In this document: in pieces, positions 7,075 through 15,520 of the stretch
Position numbering within the stretch: position 1 is the first letter of the stretch
Layout of the letters: each line of letters opens with the position of its first letter
Assembly (NCBI RefSeq): GCF_000017305.1
Contig: NC_009664.2
Coordinates: 2,850,001-2,882,000 of the forward strand
DNA length: 32,000 nucleotides
Direction: 5' to 3'
DNA from: Kineococcus radiotolerans SRS30216 = ATCC BAA-149
Lineage (GTDB): Bacteria; Actinomycetota; Actinomycetes; Actinomycetales; Kineococcaceae
Notes under the pieces: generated by a model
What the model saw: only the letters and a program-made list of their open reading frames with translations
Databases searched by the model: none
What the model was told of the DNA's origin: nothing
Translations under genes and position numbers: made by a program

Positions 7075-8124
7075 TCAGGGGATGCGGGCCACCCACTCGG
7101 GCGTGGCGAACTTCCCGCGCACGAGCTCCTCGGCGGCGTCGAGCTCGGCGTCGGTGAGGGCGGAGCCGGTCAGCCCGTACTGGCGGCGGAACGTGGCGAC
7201 CATCGAGTCGATGACCTCCTCGCGGGGCAGGCCGGTCTGGCGCCGCAGCGGGTCGACCCGCTTGGCCGCGCTGGCCAGGCCCTTGCCGGACAGCTTCTCC
7301 CGCCCGATGCGCAGGACCTGCAGCATCTTCGCGGCGTCGATGTCGTAGGACATCGTCACGTGGTGCAGCACGGTGCCGTCGGCGAGCCGCTTCTGCGCGG
7401 CGCCGGCGATCTTCCCCTGGTCGGTGGCGATGTCGTTGATGGGCTGGTGCCACGCCTTGACGCCGAGGTCGCCGAGGGCGACGAGGACCCAGTCGTCGAG
7501 GAACGCGTAGGACTCGGTGAAGCTCAGCCCCTCCACCAGCGACCCGGGCGCGTAGAGGGAGTAGGTGATCGTGTTGCCGGGTTCCACGAACATCGCCCCG
7601 CCGCCGGAGATCCGGCGCACGACCTCCACCCCCAGCCGCCGGGCCGCCTCGCCGTCGACCTCGTTGACCAGCGACTGGAAGCTGCCCAGGACCACGGCCG
7701 GGCTCGCCCACTCCCACACCCGCAGGGTGGGCGGGCGGCGGCCGGCGGCGACCTCCCGGGCGAGGACCTCGTCGAGGGCCATGTGCGTCTGCGGCGCCTG
7801 CGGGCCGGTGTGGACGAACTGCCAGTCGTGGTCCAGCCACCCCGTGGCCCCGCCCACGGCGCGGCGGACCGTGGTGGCGACGGCCTCGGGGGTGAACCCC
7901 AGCAGCACCGCCCCCGGCGGCAGCGCGGACCGCACCCGGGCCGCGAGCGCCGCGGCGTCGCTGTCGGCGGGCAGCCCCGTCAGGGCCGCGTCGAGCGCCT
8001 CCAGGGCCTCGTCGGGTTCGAGGAAGAAGTCCCCGCTGAGGCGGACGCGGGCCAGCCGGCCCGCGTCCACGTCGAGGTCGACGACGACGAGCTTCCCGCC
8101 CGGGACCTTGTACTCACCGTGCAC
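7075..8124 (-). CDS. lplA: lipoate--protein ligase, circularly permuted type (accessory domain N-terminal)
   Basis: N-terminal GEYKVPGGKLVVVDLDV...VRLSGDFFLEP corresponds to the domain that is C-terminal in E. coli LplA. The catalytic domain follows: RRISGGGAMFVEPGNTITYSL...DIATDQGKIAGAAQKR. GTG start 9 nt after the ACOX stop. Confidence 0.9.
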   Translation of the reverse strand: MHGEYKVPGGKLVVVDLDVDAGRLARVRLSGDFFLEPDEALEALDAALTGLPADSDAAALAARVRSALPPGAVLLGFTPEAVATTVRRAVGGATGWLDHDWQFVHTGPQAPQTHMALDEVLAREVAAGRRPPTLRVWEWASPAVVLGSFQSLVNEVDGEAARRLGVEVVRRISGGGAMFVEPGNTITYSLYAPGSLVEGLSFTESYAFLDDWVLVALGDLGVKAWHQPINDIATDQGKIAGAAQKRLADGTVLHHVTMSYDIDAAKMLQVLRIGREKLSGKGLASAAKRVDPLRRQTGLPREEVIDSMVATFRRQYGLTGSALTDAELDAAEELVRGKFATPEWVARIP

Positions 8125-8133
8125 GGGCGAAGG

Positions 8134-10116
8134 CTAGCCCCGCTCGGGGACGAGGGAGGAGGCGAGCCACTCCCGGGGGATCCCGAAGCCGTCCAGCAGT
8201 TCCCCGGTACGCGGTCGCAGCTTGCGGCACAGCGCGTTGACGGCGGTGGTGATCGCCTTGGCGCGCAGCGTCGTCATCCGCCGGTGCTGCAGGTACCAGC
8301 CCTTCTCGGCCTCCAGCACCGACAGCGCGTGCAGGTCGAAGACGTCGGAGAGCAGGGCGGCGACGGCGGGGTCGTCGCAGCGGGCGATGGCGGCGGCGAA
8401 GGCCTCGGCGACGACGCGGTCCACGTGCGCGCGCCCGGCCAGCAGCAGGTGGTCCTGCAGCTCGTCGACGGCCTCGAAGCGCTCGGCCTCCGGGCGCGAG
8501 CGCGCCTTGCGCATCCGCTTGGCCAGCGACTCCACGACGTGGCGCTCGCGCTCGGCGAGCATCCGCAGCTGCCAGCCCCGGTCGTGGAGGTCCTCGGGGA
8601 CGCGGCCGGCCTCGACGACGTCGGCGACCAGGGACCGGGCGGGGCTGCGCCCGGCGTAGGTGGTGACGAAGTCGCGGGTCGCGAACCGCGCCATCCCCAG
8701 GGTGTCCAGGTCGGAGAACTGCTGGGCGTAGGCGGTGAGCTGCCCCTTGGCGACCAGCTGCAGCAGGACGGTGTTGTCGCCCTCGAAGGTGGTGAACACG
8801 TCGGTGTCGGCCTTCAGCTGCGGCAGTCGGGAGTCGGCGAGGAACCCGTTGCCCCCGCAGGCCTCCCGGCAGGTCTGGATGGTGCGGGTGGCGTGCCAGG
8901 TGGAGGCCACCTTGAGACCCGCGGCGTGGGACTCGAAGGCGCGCTGCCGGTTCGCGTCGGCCTCGCCGCCGGCGAGCTGGACGCGCAGCAGCTCGTCCAT
9001 CTCGCCCATGAGCTCGTCCTGGGCGAACGTCAGCGCGTAGGTCGTGGCCAGCGGGATCAGCAGCCGGCGCTGGTGGGCGAGGTAGTCCAGCAGGACGACC
9101 TCGCCGTCCCCGCCCGGGCGCTTGAACTGGGTGCGCCGCTGGGCGTAGCGCAGGGCGATCTCGAGGGCGACCTTCGTCTGGGAGAGCGCGCCGCCGGAGA
9201 CGCTGACCCGGCCCTTGACCAGGGCGCCGAGCATCGTGAAGAACCGGGAGTTCGCGCTGGCGATGGGGGAGGAGTAGGTGCCGTCCTCGGCGACGTCGGC
9301 GTAGCGGTTGAGCAGCGCCGTCCGCGGGACCCGGACGTGGTCGAAGGCGAGGCGGCCGTTGTCGAGGCCGTTGAGCCCCATCTTCCGGCCGTCGTCGCCG
9401 CGCCAGACGCCCGGCACGTCGACCCCGTCCACCCGCAGGGGCACGACGAACGCGTGCACGCCGCGGGACTCCCCGCCGGTGACGAGCTGGGCGAACACGA
9501 CGGCGACGTCAGCGTCCTCGGCCGCCCCGCCGATGTAGTCCTTGCGGCAGGACGCGTCGGGGGTGTGGACGACGAACTCCTGCGCGGCCGGGTCGTACGT
9601 GGCGGTCGTGCCGATGGAGGCGACGTCGGAGCCGTGGCCGGTCTCGGTCATCCCGAAGCAGCCGACGAGTTCCAGCCGCAGCAGCGGCCCGAGCAGCGTG
9701 GAGTGGTGGCGCTCGGTGCCCAGGGCCTGCACGGCCCCGCCGAAGAGGCCCCACTGCACCCCCGACTTGATCATGAGCGAGGCGTCGCCGTAGCCGAGCA
9801 TGTCGAACTGCGCGACCTGCCCGCCGGGGGAGTCCCCGCCGCCCCAGCGCGAGGAGTACCCGAGTTCGTGCCCGCCCAGCTCGGCGAGGGTGCGCAGCCG
9901 GGCCCGCGTGAGGTCGCGGTGCTCGCGCGTGGAGAGGTCGTGGCTGGGGGTGAAGAGGTCGGCGGGGGCCTCGCGGCGGAACTGCTCGCGCAGGTCGGCG
10001 AACCGGCCGTCGAGGAAGCGGCGCAGGACGTCGGTGTCCAGCGGTTCGGGGGCGGTCTCGGGGGCGCTGTCGGGGGCGGTGGGGACGTCGGGCGCTCGCA
10101 GTTCGGTGGTGGTCAC
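8134..10116 (-). CDS. acyl-CoA oxidase-type acyl-CoA dehydrogenase (ACOX architecture, 660 aa)
   Basis: GCFGMTETGHGSDVASIGTTATYDPAAQEFVVHTPDASCRKDYIGGAAEDADVAVVFAQL...GVHAFVVPLR matches the ACOX N/middle-domain signature, with a long helical C-terminal ACOX-like extension. The GTG start overlaps the TetR stop (GTGA at 10113-10116). Confidence 0.9.
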   Translation of the reverse strand: MTTTELRAPDVPTAPDSAPETAPEPLDTDVLRRFLDGRFADLREQFRREAPADLFTPSHDLSTREHRDLTRARLRTLAELGGHELGYSSRWGGGDSPGGQVAQFDMLGYGDASLMIKSGVQWGLFGGAVQALGTERHHSTLLGPLLRLELVGCFGMTETGHGSDVASIGTTATYDPAAQEFVVHTPDASCRKDYIGGAAEDADVAVVFAQLVTGGESRGVHAFVVPLRVDGVDVPGVWRGDDGRKMGLNGLDNGRLAFDHVRVPRTALLNRYADVAEDGTYSSPIASANSRFFTMLGALVKGRVSVSGGALSQTKVALEIALRYAQRRTQFKRPGGDGEVVLLDYLAHQRRLLIPLATTYALTFAQDELMGEMDELLRVQLAGGEADANRQRAFESHAAGLKVASTWHATRTIQTCREACGGNGFLADSRLPQLKADTDVFTTFEGDNTVLLQLVAKGQLTAYAQQFSDLDTLGMARFATRDFVTTYAGRSPARSLVADVVEAGRVPEDLHDRGWQLRMLAERERHVVESLAKRMRKARSRPEAERFEAVDELQDHLLLAGRAHVDRVVAEAFAAAIARCDDPAVAALLSDVFDLHALSVLEAEKGWYLQHRRMTTLRAKAITTAVNALCRKLRPRTGELLDGFGIPREWLASSLVPERG

Positions 10117-10766
10117 GGGACCTCCTCGGGGACGGGCGCCAGGACGGTGGAGAGACCGCCCCAGGCCAGGTGGGTGAGATCGGAGACGAGGGTGGCGGCC
10201 GGGACCCGGTCCGGGCTGGAGATCCAGCGGTCCGCGGCGGTGCGGATCAGGGCGACGAGGCCGTGGGCGAGGGCGTCGGCGGAGGAGTCCCGGGCCCCGC
10301 CCACCCGCAGGTGGGCGGTGATGGTGCGGGCGGTCTCGTCGGCGACGGTGGCCGAGATCCGCTGCACCGGGTCGCTGGTGAGCGGCCGTTCGAGGAAGGG
10401 GTGGGAGACGACGAAGCGGTAGACCTCGGGGTCGGCCTCGACGAGCTGCACGTAGGCGGCGATGATCCCCGACAGCGCCTGCCGGGGGTTCGCCGACGCG
10501 GCGACGGCTTCGCCGAGCTCCCGCAGGATCCGGGAGTTCACCCGGTCGGCGACGGCGAGGTAGAGCTCCTCCTTGTCGGCGAAGTGGCGGTAGAGCACGG
10601 TCTTGCTGGTGCCGGCGGCCGCGGCGACCTCGTCCATGCCGACCCCGGCGCCCTTGGCGGTGATGGCGCGCAGCGCCGCCGTCACCAGTTCCTCCCGCCG
10701 GCGGCGGCGGTGCTCGTCCCAGCGCGTGCGGCGACCGTCGCGGGGCTCCTTCGGCTGACCGTCCAC
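10113..10766 (-). CDS. TetR/AcrR family transcriptional regulator
   Basis: HTH MDEVAAAAGTSKTVLYRHFADKEELY. Start set to GTG 10766-10764. The rest of ORF 10113..12005 is antisense to the thiolase. TACTGT lies 7 nt upstream of this GTG. Confidence 0.9.
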   Translation of the reverse strand: MDGQPKEPRDGRRTRWDEHRRRRREELVTAALRAITAKGAGVGMDEVAAAAGTSKTVLYRHFADKEELYLAVADRVNSRILRELGEAVAASANPRQALSGIIAAYVQLVEADPEVYRFVVSHPFLERPLTSDPVQRISATVADETARTITAHLRVGGARDSSADALAHGLVALIRTAADRWISSPDRVPAATLVSDLTHLAWGGLSTVLAPVPEEVP

Positions 10767-10773
10767 GCGTTCG

Positions 10774-10779
10774 ACAGTA
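10774..10779 (-). promoter_or_regulatory. candidate -10 (TACTGT), 7 nt before the TetR GTG; implies a leaderless transcript
   Basis: The minus strand reads TACTGT-cgaacgc-GTG. It fits TANNNT at the spacing typical of actinobacterial leaderless mRNAs. No SD present. Confidence 0.4.
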
Positions 10780-10818
10780 CCCCGGACGAGGGGTATCGGG
10801 TACCCGTGGTACCTGATA
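10777..10818. promoter_or_regulatory. putative TetR operator region: two overlapping inverted repeats built from four GGTAC-type half-sites
   Basis: IR-1 is GTACCCC-ggacga-GGGGTAT (10777-10796, 6/7 arm matches). IR-2 is TATCgGGTACCcgtGGTACCtGATA (10794-10818, 10 of 12 arm positions complementary). Both lie in the 63-bp gap between the divergent TetR and thiolase starts. Confidence 0.5.
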
Positions 10819-10822
10819 ACTT
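10817..10822 (+). promoter_or_regulatory. candidate -10 (TAACTT), 7 nt before the thiolase GTG; implies a leaderless transcript
   Basis: TAACTT-cggacgg-GTG(10830). TANNNT at leaderless spacing. It overlaps the right arm of IR-2. Confidence 0.4.
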
Positions 10823-10829
10823 CGGACGG

Positions 10830-12083
10830 GTGATCAACCGAGCGATCAGAGACGTCGCGATCGTCGGCGGGAACCGCACCCCCTTCGTGCGGGCCGGCCG
10901 CCGCTACGCCCGGGTTTCGGCGCAGGACCTCCTGGTCGCCGCCCTCGACGGGCTGGTGGCCCGCTACGGACTCGCCGGGGAACGGCTCGGGGAGGTCGTC
11001 GCCGGGGCCGTCCTCAAGCACAGCCGCGACCTCAACCTGACCCGCGAGGCCGTCCTCTCCACCGCGCTGGACCCCGCGACCCCCGCCTACGACGTCCAGC
11101 AGGCCTGCGCCACCGGCCTGGAGACGGCCGTGCTCGTCGCCAACAAGATCGCCCTGGGGCAGATCGACGCCGGCATCGCCGGGGGGGCCGACTCCGCCAG
11201 CGACGCACCCATCGCCCTCGACGACGGCCTGCGGCGCGTGCTGCTGGAACTCTCCCGCGCGAAGAGCCCCGCGGCCAAGCTCGCCGCCCTCGCCAAGCTG
11301 CGCCCGGGCCAGCTGCGCCCGGACCCCCCGCGCAACGCCGAGGCCCGCACCGGCCTGTCCATGGGGGAGCACGCCGCGCGCACCGCCCTGGAGTCCTCCG
11401 TCCCCCGCGCGGCGCAGGACGAACTGGCCCTGGCCAGCCACCGCAACCTCGCCGCCGCCTACGACCGCGGGTTCTTCGACGACCTGCTCACCCCCTACCT
11501 CGGGGTCCACCGCGACGACCTGCTGCGCCCCGACACCTCCCTGGAGAAGCTGGCCGCGCTGGAACCGGTGTTCGGCCGCGACCTCGACGGGGAGGCGACG
11601 ATGACGGCGGGGAACTCCACCCCGCTGACCGACGGCGCCGCCGCCGTCCTGCTGGCCTCCGACGCCTGGGCCGCCGAACGGCGCCTGCCCGTCCTGGCCC
11701 ACCTCGTCGACGCCGAGACCGCCGCCGTCGACCACGTCCACGGCGAGGGGCTGCTCACCGCCCCCGTCGTCGCCGTGCCGAGGTTGCTGCAGCGCAACGG
11801 GTGGACGCTGGCCGACCTCGACCTCGTCGAGATCCACGAGGCCTTCGCCTCCACCGTCCTGGCCACCACCGCGGCCTGGGCCGACGCCGGGCTGGGCACC
11901 GTCGACCCGTCCCGCCTCAACGTCGCCGGGTCCTCGCTGGCCACCGGCCACCCCTTCGCCGCGACCGGGGCCCGGATCCTCGCCTCCACCGCGAAGCTGC
12001 TGCACGAGCGCGGCGGCGGGAAGGCGCTCATCTCGATCTGCGCCGCGGGCGGTCAGGGCATCGCAGCGCTGGTGGAGGCGTGA
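10830..12083 (+). CDS. acetyl-CoA C-acyltransferase (thiolase), FadA2-like
   Basis: VAIVGGNRTPF; active-site Cys context VQQACATGLE; C-terminal GHPFAATGARIL and ICAAGGQG. Start GTG 10830 (the ORF-track upstream part is antisense to TetR). Confidence 0.9.
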   Translation: MINRAIRDVAIVGGNRTPFVRAGRRYARVSAQDLLVAALDGLVARYGLAGERLGEVVAGAVLKHSRDLNLTREAVLSTALDPATPAYDVQQACATGLETAVLVANKIALGQIDAGIAGGADSASDAPIALDDGLRRVLLELSRAKSPAAKLAALAKLRPGQLRPDPPRNAEARTGLSMGEHAARTALESSVPRAAQDELALASHRNLAAAYDRGFFDDLLTPYLGVHRDDLLRPDTSLEKLAALEPVFGRDLDGEATMTAGNSTPLTDGAAAVLLASDAWAAERRLPVLAHLVDAETAAVDHVHGEGLLTAPVVAVPRLLQRNGWTLADLDLVEIHEAFASTVLATTAAWADAGLGTVDPSRLNVAGSSLATGHPFAATGARILASTAKLLHERGGGKALISICAAGGQGIAALVEA

Positions 12084-13423
12084 TGCGGCCCCCGGTCCTC
12101 GGCCCCGACCCCTACGGCGCCCTCATGCGGACGCCGGCGGCGAACCTCCTGACCCGCGCGGGCCTGCCGAAGCCCCCGCGCCTGCGCCGCCACGAACCCG
12201 GCCAGGACCTGCTCACCGGCCCCGCCCTGGTCATCGGCCTCGATGGCGCGACCTGGACCGGCGACCTCGGCACCTGGCTGCGCGCGGCGGGCGCCACCGT
12301 CCTGGACGAGCACCCCGGCGGGACGGGGGAGGAGCGCCTCGGCGCCGTCCTCGTCGACGCCTCCGGTCTGCGGCGCGTCGAGGAGCTGGGGCAGCTGCGC
12401 GAGCGCCTCGCCCCCGCGTTCCGCCGCACCCGCGGCCGCGTCCTGCTGCTGGGGGCGGACCCCGCGCGGCTGACCGACCCCGAGGCCCGCGCCGTCCAGC
12501 AGGGCCTGGAGGGTCTCCTCCGCAGCCTCGCCAAGGAGGCCCGCGGCGGGACCACCGTCAACCTGGTGCGGATCGCCCCCGGCGCCCGCACCGCCCTGCG
12601 CTCGGCCGTGGAGTTCCTCTGCTCGGCCCGCTCCGCGTTCGTCCACGGCCAGCCCGTCCTCGTCGGCGCGGGCGAACCCGCCCCCGCGCGCGAGCGCCCG
12701 GTCGCCGTCGTCACCGGCGCGGCCCGCGGCATCGGCGCCGCGATCGTCGACGTCCTCGCCCGCACCGGGCACCACGTCGTGTGCGTCGACGTCCCCGCCG
12801 CCGGGGACGGGCTGGCCGCCGTCGCGAACCGGGTGCACGGGTCCACCCTGCACCTCGACGTCACCGCCGACACCGCCCCCCAGGTCCTCGCGACCCACCT
12901 CGCCGACCGGTTCGACGGCGCCGACGTCGTCGTCCACAACGCCGGCATCACCCGCGACCGCTCGTTCGTGAACCTCGACGAGGCGGCGTGGAACTCCGTC
13001 CTCGACGTCAACCTGCGCGCCCCGCTGCGCCTCACCACCGGGCTCCTCGACCACCCCGGCGCCCTCGCCCCCGCCGCGCGGTTCGTCTACCTGTCCTCCA
13101 TCAACGGTCTCGCCGGGGCGAAGGGGCAGACGAACTACGCCACCAGCAAGGCCGGTCTCGTCGGGCTGGTGCAGGCCCTCGCCGAGCCGCTGGCCGCGCG
13201 CGGGCTGGCCGCGAACGCCGTCGCCCCGGGGTTCATCGAGACCCCCATGACCGCGGCCATGCCGCCGGTGCCGCGCGAACTGGGCCGGCGGATCGCGAGC
13301 CTGCAGCAGGGCGGGCTGCCGGTCGACGTGGCCGAGGCCGTCGGGTGGCTCGCGCAACCCGACGCGGCCGGGATCGACGGGCAGGTGCTGCGGGTGTGCG
13401 GCCAGAACCTGCTGGGGGCGTGA
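12083..13423 (+). CDS. two-domain 3-oxoacyl-(ACP/CoA) reductase, FabG4-like (high-molecular-weight FabG)
   Basis: 446 aa. N-terminal non-catalytic half of about 200 aa, then VAVVTGAARGIGAAI, HNAGI, NYATSKAGLVG (YxxxK), APGFIETPMT. The ATG overlaps the thiolase stop (TGATG 12081-12085). Confidence 0.9.
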   Translation: MRPPVLGPDPYGALMRTPAANLLTRAGLPKPPRLRRHEPGQDLLTGPALVIGLDGATWTGDLGTWLRAAGATVLDEHPGGTGEERLGAVLVDASGLRRVEELGQLRERLAPAFRRTRGRVLLLGADPARLTDPEARAVQQGLEGLLRSLAKEARGGTTVNLVRIAPGARTALRSAVEFLCSARSAFVHGQPVLVGAGEPAPARERPVAVVTGAARGIGAAIVDVLARTGHHVVCVDVPAAGDGLAAVANRVHGSTLHLDVTADTAPQVLATHLADRFDGADVVVHNAGITRDRSFVNLDEAAWNSVLDVNLRAPLRLTTGLLDHPGALAPAARFVYLSSINGLAGAKGQTNYATSKAGLVGLVQALAEPLAARGLAANAVAPGFIETPMTAAMPPVPRELGRRIASLQQGGLPVDVAEAVGWLAQPDAAGIDGQVLRVCGQNLLGA

Positions 13424-14274
13424 TGGAGCGCGAACTCACCGCCGCGCCCTCGCTGCCCCGCCTCTACGCCCGGTCGCTGGTGCAGCGCCCGCACCGCGGC
13501 GTCGACTTCCCCCGCACGCGCGTCGTGCTGCGCGGCGCCGGGTTCGACGCCGACCGGGTGGCCGCGTTCTGCCGCAGCACCGGGTTCCCGGTGCGCGACA
13601 CCGTCCCGCTGCCGTTCCCGCACCTGCTGGGTTTCGGGCTCCAGGTCGACCTGCTGGTGCGCGAACCGTTCCCGTTCACCCTCCTCGGCCTCGTCCACGT
13701 GGCCCAGACGTTCGAGCAGACCCGCCCCCTGGGCGTCGGGGAGGCGTTCGACGTCGGGGTGCGCGCGGTCGGGGTGAACGCCCACCGCCGCGGCGCGACC
13801 GTCGACCTCCTGACCGAGCTGCGCACCGACGGGACGACGGTCTGGACCGGGCGCAGCCGCTACCTCGCCCGCGGGGTGCCCTGGCCCGGCCGGCCCGTGG
13901 AACCCGCCCACCTCCCCGCCCCCGAGGGGGAGGGGACGCGGTGGCGCGTCCCCGCCGACGCCGGGCGCGCGTACGCCGCGGTGTCCGGCGACGTGAACCC
14001 GATCCACCTGTCCCCGCTCACCGCGCGCCTGCTCGGTTTCCGCCGCGCCCTGGCCCACGGCATGTGGACGGCCTCGCGCAGCCTCGCCGCCCTCGGCGGG
14101 CCCGCCCCCGGCGCGGCCCGCTTCGAGGTGGAGTTCGCCAAACCCCTGCTGCTGCCCGCGACCGTGCGCCACGTCGCCCGCCCCGGGCCCGACGGCTGGT
14201 CCACCGCCGTCCGCAGCCGCAACGGCGCGACCCTCCACCTCGCCGGCCGCCTCACCGACCTCGTGCGGCCATGA
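13423..14274 (+). CDS. MaoC-like (R)-specific hydratase/dehydratase, HtdX-like double hot-dog
   Basis: 283 aa. Hydratase-2 motif YAAVSGDVNPIHLSPLTA. The ATG overlaps the FabG4-like stop (TGATG 13421-13425). Confidence 0.85.
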   Translation: MERELTAAPSLPRLYARSLVQRPHRGVDFPRTRVVLRGAGFDADRVAAFCRSTGFPVRDTVPLPFPHLLGFGLQVDLLVREPFPFTLLGLVHVAQTFEQTRPLGVGEAFDVGVRAVGVNAHRRGATVDLLTELRTDGTTVWTGRSRYLARGVPWPGRPVEPAHLPAPEGEGTRWRVPADAGRAYAAVSGDVNPIHLSPLTARLLGFRRALAHGMWTASRSLAALGGPAPGAARFEVEFAKPLLLPATVRHVARPGPDGWSTAVRSRNGATLHLAGRLTDLVRP

Positions 14275-14299
14275 GGTCCGTCGCGGCCCGGACGGCGGG

Positions 14300-15514
14300 A
14301 TGGACCTGAACGGCTGGGAGGACGAGGCGGAGTTCGCCAGCCCGAGCGGGCTACCGCCGGCCGAACTGGCCGAGGTCTTGCTGGCCTCGACGGCGGAACG
14401 AAGCAGCGGGGTCAGCGCGGCGGTGGAACTGCTGCGTCGCAGCGGTGACTGGCTCGAAGTGCTGGACGCCGAAGGTTTCATCGCGATCGGCCCGCCCAGC
14501 CCGCGCAACCCCGAACCGCACCCACGGTCGGTGGTTCGGTGGGCGGACGCGGTCGCCGCGCTCGCACCCGAAGGGCGGCTCACCACCCGCGCGGACTTCC
14601 GCCGCGACCCGCGGCTGCTGCGCATCGCGGCGTCCCTCGCCGACGGGGTTCCCATCGACCTCGCCGGGGTGCTGGGGGACCTGTACGGCGAGAAGGCTCG
14701 CCTGATCGTCGCGGCCGTCAGCGCGTCGACGCAGGGCCGGTTCCTGGAGTACGAACTGCGCCTGCCCGACGGTCGCGACGCGGGCTGGACGGGCCACCTG
14801 GACGTCGGGACGCCCTACCCGTGGCCGGAACCCGAACCCGCGGTCCAGCAGCCCGAGCTGGAACTGTTCCCCGCCCGCGTGGCCGAGGAGCGCGCGCTGG
14901 CCTGGGCCCTGGCCCACCCCGCGCCCGTCGTGACCCACCCGCTTGACGACCCGGTGCGAGCGGTGCTGGACCGCCTGCGGTTCGCCTCCGGGATGCGCGG
15001 GCACGGACTCGCCCGCCACTTCTGGCGCAGCGAACCCGTCCTCGCCGGGCAGCGCGTCCTGACCGAGTCGGAGTTCGTCGCCTGGGCCGGGATCGAGGTC
15101 CCCGGGATCACGACGGCATGGGCCCACCGCCGCATCTGCTCGACCCGGGACCTGGCCGACGGGCACGCCACGGTGCACTGGATCCCGGTCGACGCCGACG
15201 TCGAGGGGTTCACCGGGGAAGGGGCCGAGGAGGCCGGGGCCCCCAGCCTCACGATCGAGCTCCACCACGACCGGCCGGACCCGCGCCCGGAGCCGCCGCG
15301 GACCCGTTTCACCAGCGCCCCCGGCGGCTGGACGTCGGTCACGATCGGGAGCAGCGTCGTCGGCGTTCAGCGGAGCGACCCGCAGGCGACCCGGATCGGC
15401 TGGGTGCGCACGGACCTGGCGCGGCCGCTGGCCTTCGTCCTGGACGTCCCGCTGCTGCCGACCGCCGCCGTGGAGCTGGTCCTGGGCAGCACGGGGTTGC
15501 CGTTCGCGCCGTGA
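14300..15514 (+). CDS. hypothetical protein, 404 aa, no domain recognised
   Basis: Uninterrupted ORF on the same strand, 25 nt after htdX-like. Its stop lies 6 nt before the next gene's ATG. Balanced composition (11 Trp, acidic N-terminus), unlike the Arg/Pro-rich antisense ORF 14351..16714. Weak SD (GGCGGG). Confidence 0.6.
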   Translation: MDLNGWEDEAEFASPSGLPPAELAEVLLASTAERSSGVSAAVELLRRSGDWLEVLDAEGFIAIGPPSPRNPEPHPRSVVRWADAVAALAPEGRLTTRADFRRDPRLLRIAASLADGVPIDLAGVLGDLYGEKARLIVAAVSASTQGRFLEYELRLPDGRDAGWTGHLDVGTPYPWPEPEPAVQQPELELFPARVAEERALAWALAHPAPVVTHPLDDPVRAVLDRLRFASGMRGHGLARHFWRSEPVLAGQRVLTESEFVAWAGIEVPGITTAWAHRRICSTRDLADGHATVHWIPVDADVEGFTGEGAEEAGAPSLTIELHHDRPDPRPEPPRTRFTSAPGGWTSVTIGSSVVGVQRSDPQATRIGWVRTDLARPLAFVLDVPLLPTAAVELVLGSTGLPFAP

Positions 15515-15520
15515 GGCAGG

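Noticed and set aside
7037-7840. Upstream part of ORF 6767..7840 (357 aa)
   Set aside because: It overlaps lplA in another frame with Arg/Pro/Gly-rich content. Only the terminal 89 codons after lplA were kept as a low-confidence gene.
7360-10422. 1020-aa ORF on the plus strand, the longest in the window
   Set aside because: It lies exactly antisense to lplA and the acyl-CoA oxidase gene, both of which have strong family motifs. Its product is a G/V/E/D/R/A/P-rich string with no motifs. Stop-free mirror frames like this are expected at more than 70% GC.
10767-12005. Upstream 413 codons of the ORF containing the TetR regulator
   Set aside because: This part is antisense to the thiolase gene. 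TetR homology begins only near residue 415, and a GTG with a leaderless-type -10 sits at 10766.
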